Shown here: positions 51,229 through 60,539 of the stretch, piece by piece
Position numbering within the stretch: position 1 is the stretch's first letter
Layout: each line of letters starts with the position of its first letter
NCBI GenBank assembly: GCA_050115495.1
Contig: JASFQK010000004.1
Span: 32,001-96,000 of the forward strand
DNA length: 64,000 bases
Origin: Phycisphaerae bacterium
GTDB lineage: Bacteria > Planctomycetota > Phycisphaerae > UBA1845 > Fen-1342
Direction: 5' to 3'
The notes under the pieces: model-generated
What the model saw: only the letters and a program-made list of their open reading frames with translations
The model's database searches: none
What the model was told of the DNA's origin: nothing
Translations under genes and position numbers: made by a program

Positions 51229-51837
51229 TCATTCCAGCCATTCACTGTGCATGGGGAACGGCTTCGCCAGCGTTTCTGCGTCCGCCATCTCCAGGGAGAG
51301 AGCCTGGTCCGTCAGAGCGATGATCGGATGGAGCGGGTTGGCGACGGTTCGCTCCCGCACGTCGCGCGCAACCAGGCGGCCGTTGCCTCGTCGGCACAGA
51401 CACCACCCGCCCGCATCCACCGGGATCGCGTCATTCGCGGGCAGCGACTGAATCGTCTGGTCCACGGCGTTTGTCAGCGTCTGCAGTTGCTCGCTCGACA
51501 GGTGCCCCTTGATGTACGTCTTCCCGATCGCGTCCGGCGCCGTGCACCGCACGAACGTCCCATCCTGCCATACCGCGAAGACCACGCCGCCGACAACCTC
51601 CTCGTTCACGCCGGGGTAGTGCGGGATACGCTGGAGGAACACCATGGGCTTGCCGGCGGCCTGTGTCGCCGGCGGCTGCCGCGACGAAGCGTGCTGCCCC
51701 TCGGCACAGCCCGGCAGGCCGAGCAGGCCCAATCCGACCACAACACATAGGGTCGCGGCTCTGCTGTGCTTCGCTCTCCGCGTCACACAACGCCGCCACA
51801 CGCAGGCAAACCAGCTTCGACCGTGTTTTGTCCCCAT
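51229..51837 (-). CDS. Hypothetical lipoprotein
   Basis: LLGLPGC lipobox-like segment. Confidence 0.6.
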   Translation of the reverse strand: MGTKHGRSWFACVWRRCVTRRAKHSRAATLCVVVGLGLLGLPGCAEGQHASSRQPPATQAAGKPMVFLQRIPHYPGVNEEVVGGVVFAVWQDGTFVRCTAPDAIGKTYIKGHLSSEQLQTLTNAVDQTIQSLPANDAIPVDAGGWCLCRRGNGRLVARDVRERTVANPLHPIIALTDQALSLEMADAETLAKPFPMHSEWLE

Positions 51838-52058
51838 CTCATACTCCCCGGCGGGCTTGCCCCGCCCCTCGGCCAGTGGTTCGAGGATCTGCGACCCCGC
51901 GTCGGGCCTCTCGCCCGGCAGCCCGCCGGCTGCCCCACCATGCCGTTGCAGCGTGCCGTTAGCGTACGTGGCCTACCCCTCGGATGCAAACGTGCGGGCG
52001 GTGATGCAAAGGCTGTCCCGCCGCCCCGGATTGACGTCGATCAAACGTGATCGCGCCT

Positions 52059-52631
52059 CTACTCACCCGGTGGCTCTTCGCCCGGTTCGTGCGGCGGGGT
52101 GATCGGCGTGCCGCATTCGGGGCAGACGCCGCTGACGTTGCCCGTCAGGTTGTAATCGCACTCCGGGCAGCGTGGCGGGCCCGATCGTCGCTCGCGGGAC
52201 CGGATCGCGATTCGTGCCAGACCGTGTGCAGCGCCCGCCAGCATGAGCGAGAAGCACAGAACCGGCAGCATCAGGTGCCAATCCCGCACAAGGCGAAATG
52301 TCCCCTGAGAGATCATCTCGCAGATCATGCCCACCGCCGCCGGCGTCACCCACATCGTGACCGCGCCGGCGATCGTGACCCACCACTTCCGCTGCCAGGC
52401 GCCCACGACGCCGACCGCCACGTTCAGGCCCAGGACCATGCCGGCCGCCACGGAGACCACATAACCGCGCGTCACGGTCGGGGCGAGACGCACCAGCAGA
52501 CCGATGTGCATCAGCAGCAAACTCGCCCCGCACACGCACAGCAGCCACCCGACGCTGTGCGTCCGCAACCACGCCGCGAGTCGGCGGACGAACGGCTCAT
52601 CGGCGGATCGATCTGGCTTGTCCCCAGCCAC
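52059..52631 (-). CDS. Membrane protein with C-terminal zinc ribbon
   Basis: About 4 TMs; CPECDYNLTGNVSGVCPECG. Confidence 0.82.
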   Translation of the reverse strand: MAGDKPDRSADEPFVRRLAAWLRTHSVGWLLCVCGASLLLMHIGLLVRLAPTVTRGYVVSVAAGMVLGLNVAVGVVGAWQRKWWVTIAGAVTMWVTPAAVGMICEMISQGTFRLVRDWHLMLPVLCFSLMLAGAAHGLARIAIRSRERRSGPPRCPECDYNLTGNVSGVCPECGTPITPPHEPGEEPPGE

Positions 52632-52670
52632 GATGGCCTCGCTACGTGTGGGCGCGCTGCCTTCCCCGCC

Positions 52671-54374
52671 CTAGGGCTCGTACGTGAAATTCACGTGATT
52701 CACGCCGTGGCAGTTCAGCGTGCACGAGCCGCGGCGCTGGCCGGTGTCCACGTACCCGCGCCGGCCGCCGACGATGGAGAGGTCGAAGTTGATCAGGTGC
52801 CCGTGGTTGCCCGTGCTGCCGCTGACGCCGTGGGCCGTGTGGCACGCGCTGCACGGCGTTCGCCCGCGGACGACGTGCTCGCGGTGCAGTGGGAAGCTCT
52901 CGTCGCCGAGAATCGACGCCCGATCGTGACAGCCATAGCACAGCGCATACGCCTGCGGCGATTCGACGGTGTAGTCGCTCGTCTCGTACCGGTCGGCGAG
53001 CAGATACGCGTAGCGCGACCCGTGCGGTCCGTTCACGAGCGTCCCGCCGGCACTGCGGGCGTCCGGGTTGTTGTGGCAATCCTGGCAGCTCACGAACCGC
53101 CGGGCCTGCACTTCCGGCGTGAGGCTCGGCACATCGGCCCCGAGTCGGCGAGGAAACGCGACCGGGTGCGCCGAAGCGGTCGTTGGCAGGAACTGGCGGC
53201 GTACGTTGCCGTCGGTGTCCCGCTGGCGGACGATGCGCTCCGGCACGTACACCGGCCGATCCGCGTGACAGCGGAAACACACTTCGTAGTAGAACCGCGC
53301 CGCCGACAACGGCGCTCCCGTCAGCGACACGCCCGGAACATCCTTCATCGCCGGCGGCACGAGCGGCCCGACCACGCCGACGCGCGTCGCCGTGTCGCCC
53401 AGCGTCGCGTTTACCGCGTGCGGGTTGTGGCAATCGGCGCACGTGACCATCACCGACGGCCGCAGCCCCCGCGCCGGCGACCGCTCCGGATTCAGCACGT
53501 GGCTGAGCCGATGCCCGCTGCGCAGATTCAGCACGGGCATGATGTCGGTAGCGCTCAGCCCGTCGTGGCAATTGAGACAGAGCCGATCCGGCCGATCGCG
53601 CAGCAGCCGCGGCCGCCACGGCGCGCTATGCGACACGTGACACGCCGCACACGCATTATCCGCCAGCGAGCGGTAGGGGAGCGCTTCGCCATTCGTCGCA
53701 CTCGGCGGCACCGAGCGCACGCTGCGGGCGTGAGCGCTGGCTGACCAGCCGTCCATATCGTGGCACGTGTTGCACAGTGCCCCCTCACGCGACGTGACCC
53801 GCAGGAAATCGCCGAGCTCATTGTTATGTGGATCGTGGCACGCCGTGCATTCCAACTCGCCCCAGCGCCCCAGCTTCAACCGATGATCGACCAACTCCGG
53901 CGAGCGGAGCTGCCGATCGCGATTGCACAACGCTCGGTCGTACCGCAGCCCGACCGGATGATCGTCCGACAGATCGTTCGTCAGATCGCTCGGCCCCGAC
54001 GGCATGTACGGATGCGTCAGCGGAATCGGTTCTGTCGCCGCCCGATCGAGCGTCAGCCCGAGGGCGATGCTGCCGTCGTGACAGCTCAGGCAAAGCCGAC
54101 TGGCCGGCCCCGGCTGCCCGATGCGGGCGTCGGTCGTATCGCTGCGGTAAATGCGATAGTACGTCGTCGGCTGATGGCGGTTCCACAACGGAGCCGCCGG
54201 GTCGGCGTTGTGCGGCGTGTGGCAGAAGATGCACACCTGCGTCTCTTCGAGCGCCCGCACCGGCCCCGGCCCCCAGATCGACAGGTCATGTTTCGAGCGC
54301 ACGACCGAATCGTCCGCCCCCGCCACCCCCAGCAGCATCAGGCTCAGCATGGTGGCGACTACGACCCGCATCAT
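52671..54374 (-). CDS. Periplasmic multiheme c-type cytochrome (paired CxxCH type)
   Basis: Signal peptide; 11 CxxCH plus a terminal CTLNCH; SKHDLS, DLSDDHPVG. Confidence 0.93.
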   Translation of the reverse strand: MMRVVVATMLSLMLLGVAGADDSVVRSKHDLSIWGPGPVRALEETQVCIFCHTPHNADPAAPLWNRHQPTTYYRIYRSDTTDARIGQPGPASRLCLSCHDGSIALGLTLDRAATEPIPLTHPYMPSGPSDLTNDLSDDHPVGLRYDRALCNRDRQLRSPELVDHRLKLGRWGELECTACHDPHNNELGDFLRVTSREGALCNTCHDMDGWSASAHARSVRSVPPSATNGEALPYRSLADNACAACHVSHSAPWRPRLLRDRPDRLCLNCHDGLSATDIMPVLNLRSGHRLSHVLNPERSPARGLRPSVMVTCADCHNPHAVNATLGDTATRVGVVGPLVPPAMKDVPGVSLTGAPLSAARFYYEVCFRCHADRPVYVPERIVRQRDTDGNVRRQFLPTTASAHPVAFPRRLGADVPSLTPEVQARRFVSCQDCHNNPDARSAGGTLVNGPHGSRYAYLLADRYETSDYTVESPQAYALCYGCHDRASILGDESFPLHREHVVRGRTPCSACHTAHGVSGSTGNHGHLINFDLSIVGGRRGYVDTGQRRGSCTLNCHGVNHVNFTYEP

Positions 54375-55402
54375 GCACCCTCCGCCAGATACTGGAACAC
54401 CTGCACCCGGCGATTGTAACTGTCTGCGATCCAGATGCGATCCTGCCCGTCGATTGTGATGCCCGACGGCACCGAGAACTCGCCCGGCCCCGTCCCGCCC
54501 TGACCGAACGCCAGCAGCAACTGCCCCTCCGGCGTGAAGATCTGCACGTTTTCGAACTGGTTATCGAGCACGTAGACGTGTCCCGCCGAATCCACCGCCA
54601 CGCCGCGCGGCCGCGAGAAATCGCCCGCGGCGTCGCCTTTGCGGCCGAAGACGGCGAGCGGCCTGCCTGTCATGCTCAGCACCTGCACGCGGAAGTTCAT
54701 GGCGTCGACGACGACCAGCCCTTGCTCCGGGCAGATCGCGACGTCGCTGGGGTAGTTGAGCGCGCCCGGCACGCCGCCGCGCCGGCCGAAGCGCTCGCCA
54801 ATATCCGTCAATCCGCGACAGGCGACGCAGGCGTGCGCGGTAACGTCCGCCAGCCACAGCGTCTGCTGCGTCTCATCCCACGCCGCCGCCGCCGGCGCGG
54901 CGATCTCCGGCCACCGTCGGGTGCAACGCCACGTTCCATCCGGCTCGAACAGATCGACCGCGGCGCGGGCCCGATCGACAACGACCAGCGTCCGCCCACC
55001 CTCCGCCAACTCGACGTCGATCGGCACTTGCAGCGGATCCGCCGGCGAGCCCGTCGTCACCGCGTACGTCCGCGCTTCGAGATCCAGCACATGGACGGCG
55101 GCGAGGCCGGTGTCGGCGACGAAAACACGCGAGCCGGCGACAGCCACCGCCGACGGACGCGAAAACGCGCCTTTCGGCGCCGGTCCAGTCAGCGCCGCCC
55201 GCATCGCCTCCCACCCGCCGACGCGCCGATGCAGATCCGCCTCGCCGCGCAGCTCCCCCACGTACCGAATCCGGGCCTGGTCCGGCGGCTTCGGCCACAC
55301 GATCGCCGGCGAGACCTCGGGAAACACCGGTTGCAGCGGCCCCTGGCAGCCCATCGCCGCCAGCAACACCACCAGCATGACCGGCCCGGCGACGCGCCTC
55401 AT
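54371..55402 (-). CDS. NHL-repeat beta-propeller lipoprotein
   Basis: Start MRRVAG; AMGC lipobox; repeated F/LxxPxxVAVD...D..N.RVQ units. Confidence 0.9.
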   Translation of the reverse strand: MRRVAGPVMLVVLLAAMGCQGPLQPVFPEVSPAIVWPKPPDQARIRYVGELRGEADLHRRVGGWEAMRAALTGPAPKGAFSRPSAVAVAGSRVFVADTGLAAVHVLDLEARTYAVTTGSPADPLQVPIDVELAEGGRTLVVVDRARAAVDLFEPDGTWRCTRRWPEIAAPAAAAWDETQQTLWLADVTAHACVACRGLTDIGERFGRRGGVPGALNYPSDVAICPEQGLVVVDAMNFRVQVLSMTGRPLAVFGRKGDAAGDFSRPRGVAVDSAGHVYVLDNQFENVQIFTPEGQLLLAFGQGGTGPGEFSVPSGITIDGQDRIWIADSYNRRVQVFQYLAEGA

Positions 55403-57516
55403 CGTTCCTTCCTCGCCAGAACCGGGATGTCCCGCTTCAGCTTCAGCCAGAACGCCGCCGAGTTGTCCCGTGAGCCCGGTAGATCGAGCAGGTCGTACTC
55501 CGCCTCGAACCGCAGCGAGAAGTAGCCGATGTGCCACTCCACCGCCGCGTTGAAGTCCACGCCGTGCGTACGCCCGTACAGCGTGTCGTCCTCAAACCGG
55601 TACATGCCGCTCGCCGTCAGTTCGAGCTGCCGGCTCAGCAGTTGGCGATACGACAGGCCGCAATCGAGCAGCGTCGTGTTGCGGGCTTCGAGCCCTTCCG
55701 ACCCGTCGAACCAGAAGCGCGACAGCGTGCTGCGCCCGTCGAGCTGCCTATCCGCCGCCTGCCAGATGACGACGTCGCCGTTGGCGTGCACCGCCTGGAA
55801 CGGATCGATGGCGTCGTCGTTGTATTCGTATTCGAGGCCGGCGGACCACCGCGGCTGTCGGAACGTCGCCCCCAGCCGGTGCCGGTTGACGTTGCGGGCG
55901 CGGAAGCCCAGGTGCTCGCCGCGGTCCAGGTCCTCGTTCTGCACCGACGCCGCGTAGTAGGGCGTCAGGCCGCAGTCGAACGCCTGCTGCATGCGGAAAT
56001 CGATGCGATCGCGGGCCACGTCGTAGTTGTTCTGGACGCGGTACGTGTAGCTGACCAGAACGCCTTGCCGGTCGGCGATCTGCCCGGTCGGCATGCGTCG
56101 CAGAGCCGTATACCGGCCGAGCGGAACGACCAGGTAGTCGCGGCCGGCCAGGTACGTCCGCGTGCGGTTGGCGTCGGTAACGACCAGGCTGCCCAGGTTC
56201 ACGTCGGTGTGCGCCAGGTAGACCGGCAGCGGGTCGCGGAACGTCACCGACTCACCGATGACCACGCCGCTGCGCCGCCCGTTGCGCGTCTCGGTCGAGG
56301 CGTGGTTGTACGACAGGTTCGCGCTGAACCGGCCGAGATCGTTGTCCCGCGTCAACGCCGTGCCGAGCATGCCGCCCCACTCGTCCCAGTCGGCGTTCTC
56401 GTCGGCGCTGGTTTGCAGGGCGTAGAGCTGGGCCGACGTGGTCAGCCAGTTGTCGAACTGGTGCGTGAGGCCGGCCTCGCCGCGCCAGGTGCTCGTTTCG
56501 AGATCCTGGAACGTCTCGCGCAGATACTGCGCGGCGAAGTTCGTCGCCAAGGCGTCGGTGCACTGGAGGCGCAGGCGCGAGGAGAACTCGGCCAGATCGC
56601 GGGCCAGATCGCCGGACTCGTCCTGGAACCGGGCCAGTGTTTCGACGGAGCTGCGGCCCTCGGGCCCGAAGCGCAGCACGTGACGGAGCAGGACGTCGTC
56701 GCGCGTCGTGTCGAAGCGCGTGTCGGTGCCGGAGTACCGCTCGCGGCGGTCCTCGTGCTCATATTCGAGCGTGAGGGCGTGCAGTTCGCTGATCTGCCAC
56801 GTGCCCTCGTAGCGCACGGCGTGGCGGCCGCGCTGCTCGTCGTCGCTCAGATCGTGCGTGCGGCTGGTGAGCTCGTCCCATTCGTGCTCGAACGTCAGCC
56901 GCATGGGCAGCTTCTCATCGTTATAGAACAGGCCGGCGGTGTATCGCTCGCGGGTACGGTCCAGGCTGGGCAGAAACGCCCGCGGCAGCCGGCTGCTCTC
57001 GCGGGAGGCCTGTGCCGTGGCGGAGAGCTTGCCACGCGGCAGGAACGTCAGATTCACGTCGTATTCGAACAGATCGCCGTGGGCCCGGCTGTCCCGGTCG
57101 CGGCCGGTCCAGGTCTCGTGGAAGTGCTCCTGCGACAACCCCCAGCGCAGATCCCAGTCGAATTGCAGCACGCGGTCGTCGATGACCGACCCGGCCCCGC
57201 GTGCGCCGAACGTCTCTTCGAGCCGCCAGGCCCGGTCCGTCTGTTTCGCGTAGCCCCCGCGTGCCCCGGCCACCCGCGAGCGGTTCTCACGTCGATCGGC
57301 CTGCGCCTCGAAGCCGAGCTCGAAGGTCAGCTCGTCGAAGGCGAACAGACCGCGTTCGTTGCCGGCGGGCGCCGTAGCCGGCGCCGGTGCCGATGTGGGC
57401 GCGGAAGTTACGGGTTGAGTAGTGGGGGGCGAAGCGGGCGGTTCGGCGAGCGCGGCTGCGCCCGGCAGAAGCGCCGCCCCGAAGGCAACACCGACGAAGC
57501 GGAGAGGCCGTCGCAT
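55399..57516 (-). CDS. Outer-membrane beta-barrel (porin-like) protein
   Basis: Signal peptide; alternating amphipathic beta pattern rich in Y/F/W/R; position in the cytochrome operon. Confidence 0.7.
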   Translation of the reverse strand: MRRPLRFVGVAFGAALLPGAAALAEPPASPPTTQPVTSAPTSAPAPATAPAGNERGLFAFDELTFELGFEAQADRRENRSRVAGARGGYAKQTDRAWRLEETFGARGAGSVIDDRVLQFDWDLRWGLSQEHFHETWTGRDRDSRAHGDLFEYDVNLTFLPRGKLSATAQASRESSRLPRAFLPSLDRTRERYTAGLFYNDEKLPMRLTFEHEWDELTSRTHDLSDDEQRGRHAVRYEGTWQISELHALTLEYEHEDRRERYSGTDTRFDTTRDDVLLRHVLRFGPEGRSSVETLARFQDESGDLARDLAEFSSRLRLQCTDALATNFAAQYLRETFQDLETSTWRGEAGLTHQFDNWLTTSAQLYALQTSADENADWDEWGGMLGTALTRDNDLGRFSANLSYNHASTETRNGRRSGVVIGESVTFRDPLPVYLAHTDVNLGSLVVTDANRTRTYLAGRDYLVVPLGRYTALRRMPTGQIADRQGVLVSYTYRVQNNYDVARDRIDFRMQQAFDCGLTPYYAASVQNEDLDRGEHLGFRARNVNRHRLGATFRQPRWSAGLEYEYNDDAIDPFQAVHANGDVVIWQAADRQLDGRSTLSRFWFDGSEGLEARNTTLLDCGLSYRQLLSRQLELTASGMYRFEDDTLYGRTHGVDFNAAVEWHIGYFSLRFEAEYDLLDLPGSRDNSAAFWLKLKRDIPVLARKER

Positions 57517-57804
57517 GGCACCGTTCGTTTCGTCACCATAGACCGCGACCGGAAGCGCTGATACGCGGAAGCTAGCGGTCAGCGTGCGTACTGTCCAGCG
57601 CAACCGCGGCTTTTCAGTCACAGAATGTTGTATCGCGCCGGCCGGTTCGCTATAGTTCTTCTGCGCGGGCAGTCTGTTGGAAGAAGAGGGGACCGGCTCT
57701 GAGCCGAGATGTTCGGGCCGATCCGGGAACCACACGATGCGTGCCTGTCCCCGTTCGTTTCAACCGATTGCCGAGCGCCGGTGCATTTCCCTAGGAGCTC
57801 GCCC

Positions 57805-58488
57805 ATGATGCACGGACGGCCTAGCCGTATCGCGGTCCTGGCCGGCTTGGCCGTTGCGGCCGGTAGCCTCCTCTTCGCCCAGGTTGCCGACCAGGGACCA
57901 CCGGGCGATACCGACGCGCCTCCGCCTGCGTCCCAGCCCACGTCGCAGCCGGCGGAAATGGGCGCTGCCCGCGCCCATCTCGTCAGCGGCCTGATCGGCA
58001 GCAAGCACGATTTCACTCAAAACGGTCGCCTCGGACGTGATTTGTGCCTGCCCTGTCACACGCCGCACCTGGCGTCGGCGCCGACACCGCGGTTCGATCG
58101 CCGGCCGGAGACGACGCTGCCGCTCCGGCCGTACGATGCTCCCGGCATTGAGCTGACGGGCTGGTCGCTGCTCTGCCTGGGTTGTCATGACGGCGTGACC
58201 GCACCGGACGTCTACTCCTCGGCCCATGCCCTGATCGCCGACGACGCCCTCGGAAACTCGCGGCTGGGCACCACGGGCCTGCGCAGCCACCCGGTGGGCA
58301 TCGTCTACCCGGCCAATGGCGAGGGCTATCACCCGCGGGCGGCGGTCGAGGCCGCCGGTCTGCTGCTGCCCGACGGCCGTATCCAGTGCACAACCTGTCA
58401 CGATGCCCACAACACGCATCGTCACAGCGGCATGTTGAAGATTTCCAACCAACAGAGTCGGCTTTGTCTGACATGTCACGATCTCTAG
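57805..58488 (+). CDS. Tetraheme c-type cytochrome (paired CxxCH type)
   Basis: CLPCH, CLGCH, CTTCH, CLTCH; GSKHDF, SHPVG; signal peptide. Confidence 0.92.
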   Translation: MMHGRPSRIAVLAGLAVAAGSLLFAQVADQGPPGDTDAPPPASQPTSQPAEMGAARAHLVSGLIGSKHDFTQNGRLGRDLCLPCHTPHLASAPTPRFDRRPETTLPLRPYDAPGIELTGWSLLCLGCHDGVTAPDVYSSAHALIADDALGNSRLGTTGLRSHPVGIVYPANGEGYHPRAAVEAAGLLLPDGRIQCTTCHDAHNTHRHSGMLKISNQQSRLCLTCHDL

Positions 58489-60497
58489 ACAAGTGCAGGT
58501 CAGCGCGACGCCGAGTGGCCGGGGGGCTGGTCGTGGTCGCGCTCGTCGTGCTGGCCACGGTTGCGGGGTTGACGGGTGCGGGTTGCGCCGGCGGCGAGCG
58601 CCACGGGCCGTCGGCGTGGCCCGCCTACCCACCTGCTCCGCAGATCCCCCGTGTGCTCGCCCGCGGCACGCTCCGCGGGGCGCCGCCGCCGTCGTCCTCT
58701 TCTGTCGAGCTCTCCATGTTCCTCTTCGGGGCGGAGCCGCCGGCCAAGCTGGTGCTGCTGAACCCGACGGGGCTGGCCGCCCGTGGCGGCGAGTCGCTCA
58801 TCTGTGACAGTGCCGTCGGCGAGTTGCTCTGCTGGAACGCCGACACCGCCCAGTTGCACGGCGTGGCCGCCGATCCGCCGCTCGACCGTCCCTTCGCCGT
58901 CGGTCTCACCAACGATGGCGGGACGCTCATCTGCGACCGGTCGGGCGTTCGCCGGAACGACGCGGCCGGGCGGCTTCAGTGCCGGTACACGCTGGCCGAT
59001 GAGCCGTTCAAGCCGGCGGGCGCGCTGGCCGTCGGCGAAGAGGTCTGGGTGACGAACCTCGCCCAGCATCGCGTCGAGGTTTTCGCCGCCGATACCGGGG
59101 CCCATCTCCGCTCCATCGGGCGGCACGGCAGCGGGCCGGGCGAGTTCGCCCTGCCGCGCAGCCTGGCCCGCACGCCCGACGGCAACGTCTGCATCGTTGA
59201 CGTGCTGAACAACCGCGTGCAGATGCTCGCCCCCGACGGAACGTGGCTCCGCGACATCGGACAGCCGGGGGACAACGTGGGTTCGTTCGGGCGGCCGAAG
59301 GACGTCGCCGTCGGCCCCGACGGCACTATCTTCGTGACCGACGCTTTCTCGCAGCGCGTGCATGCCTTCGCTGCCGACGGCACCGTGCTGCTGGCGTTTG
59401 GCGAGCCCGACTCGGGCCCGAACGCTCTCGTGCTGCCCAGCGGCATCGCCGTCTCCACCGTCCCGCCCGAGCACTACACGCCGCTCCCCCCCGGCGAAGA
59501 TGTGTCGTATTACGTGCTCGTCGCCGAGCAACTGCACGATCCCGGCGTGCGCGTGTACGCCTGGCTCGACGCGGCGGGGCGGGCGGAGGACGCGCCGCTT
59601 TCCTCCGGCATCGCTACGCACTGGCAGCCGCAGTTTCCCCAGTCGGCGGCCATTAACCCGCACTGGCATCCCGACCGTTGCGACAAGTGCCACAAGCTGG
59701 AAGACGGCCGGCGTTTGCCCATTCCGCCGCAGGACGTCGATGCCGTCTGCGTCTCCTGCCACGACGGCGTGCAGGCTTTCGCCGATCCGCATCCCATCGG
59801 CCGCCCGGCCGTGACCGATCTCGTCACCACGCCCGATGACTGGCCGACCGTCGACGGCCGGATCGGCTGCCTGACCTGCCACGATATGGAGCGGCACTGT
59901 CGGCCCGACGCCCAGCGGCCGGACAGCAACGTCGTGCTCCTGCGGCACTTCGACCCGCAGCGGGCCCTCGCCTACTGCGAGACCTGTCACCGCACCGAGC
60001 TCGGCTATCGCTTCAGCCCGCATCGGCAGCGCGACGCCCAGGGCAAGATCCGCGAGGATGCCTGTCTCTTCTGCCACACGCAGACGCCGGAAGTCCCCGC
60101 CGACGGCCGCCGCCGATTTGAGCCGCACCTGCGTGTGGAAAGCTCGGCGTTGTGTCTGAATTGCCACAGCAAGCACTGGGACCTGTCGCCGCTCGGGCAC
60201 GTCGATCGCCCGGTGACGCCGCACATCCGCGAGTGGATGCTGAAACGCGAACTGAGCCTCGACACGCAGATCACGCCGGCGGAGCTGGCCAGGATGGCCG
60301 CCGACCCCAAGCGGCACCCGGCGCGTCTGCCGCTCGGCGAGAACATGGTGACCTGCTACACCTGCCACAACCCGCACTACAACGGCCTGTTCCCGCCGGA
60401 CAGCGAGGTCGGCGCCCTCGCCAGCAACCCGCAGGATCGCCGCAGCGCCCTGCGCACGGACTGGATCGACCTGTGCTCCGAATGTCACGAACGGTAG
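58473..60497 (+). CDS. NHL-repeat propeller fused to an octaheme cytochrome c (lipoprotein)
   Basis: GAGC lipobox-like; NHL repeats; 8 CxxCH in the C-terminal part. Confidence 0.9.
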   Translation: MSRSLDKCRSARRRVAGGLVVVALVVLATVAGLTGAGCAGGERHGPSAWPAYPPAPQIPRVLARGTLRGAPPPSSSSVELSMFLFGAEPPAKLVLLNPTGLAARGGESLICDSAVGELLCWNADTAQLHGVAADPPLDRPFAVGLTNDGGTLICDRSGVRRNDAAGRLQCRYTLADEPFKPAGALAVGEEVWVTNLAQHRVEVFAADTGAHLRSIGRHGSGPGEFALPRSLARTPDGNVCIVDVLNNRVQMLAPDGTWLRDIGQPGDNVGSFGRPKDVAVGPDGTIFVTDAFSQRVHAFAADGTVLLAFGEPDSGPNALVLPSGIAVSTVPPEHYTPLPPGEDVSYYVLVAEQLHDPGVRVYAWLDAAGRAEDAPLSSGIATHWQPQFPQSAAINPHWHPDRCDKCHKLEDGRRLPIPPQDVDAVCVSCHDGVQAFADPHPIGRPAVTDLVTTPDDWPTVDGRIGCLTCHDMERHCRPDAQRPDSNVVLLRHFDPQRALAYCETCHRTELGYRFSPHRQRDAQGKIREDACLFCHTQTPEVPADGRRRFEPHLRVESSALCLNCHSKHWDLSPLGHVDRPVTPHIREWMLKRELSLDTQITPAELARMAADPKRHPARLPLGENMVTCYTCHNPHYNGLFPPDSEVGALASNPQDRRSALRTDWIDLCSECHER

Positions 60498-60539
60498 CAA
60501 CGCCGCGGGGTCGGGCCGGCCCCGGCGACGCGAGGACGG

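Noticed and set aside
45434..52631. Zinc-ribbon array as an integron cassette array or DGR target set
   Set aside because: No consistent attC (RYYYAAC...GTTRRRY) sites between the genes, several genes overlap, and no integrase, reverse transcriptase or template/variable repeat pair is in the window.
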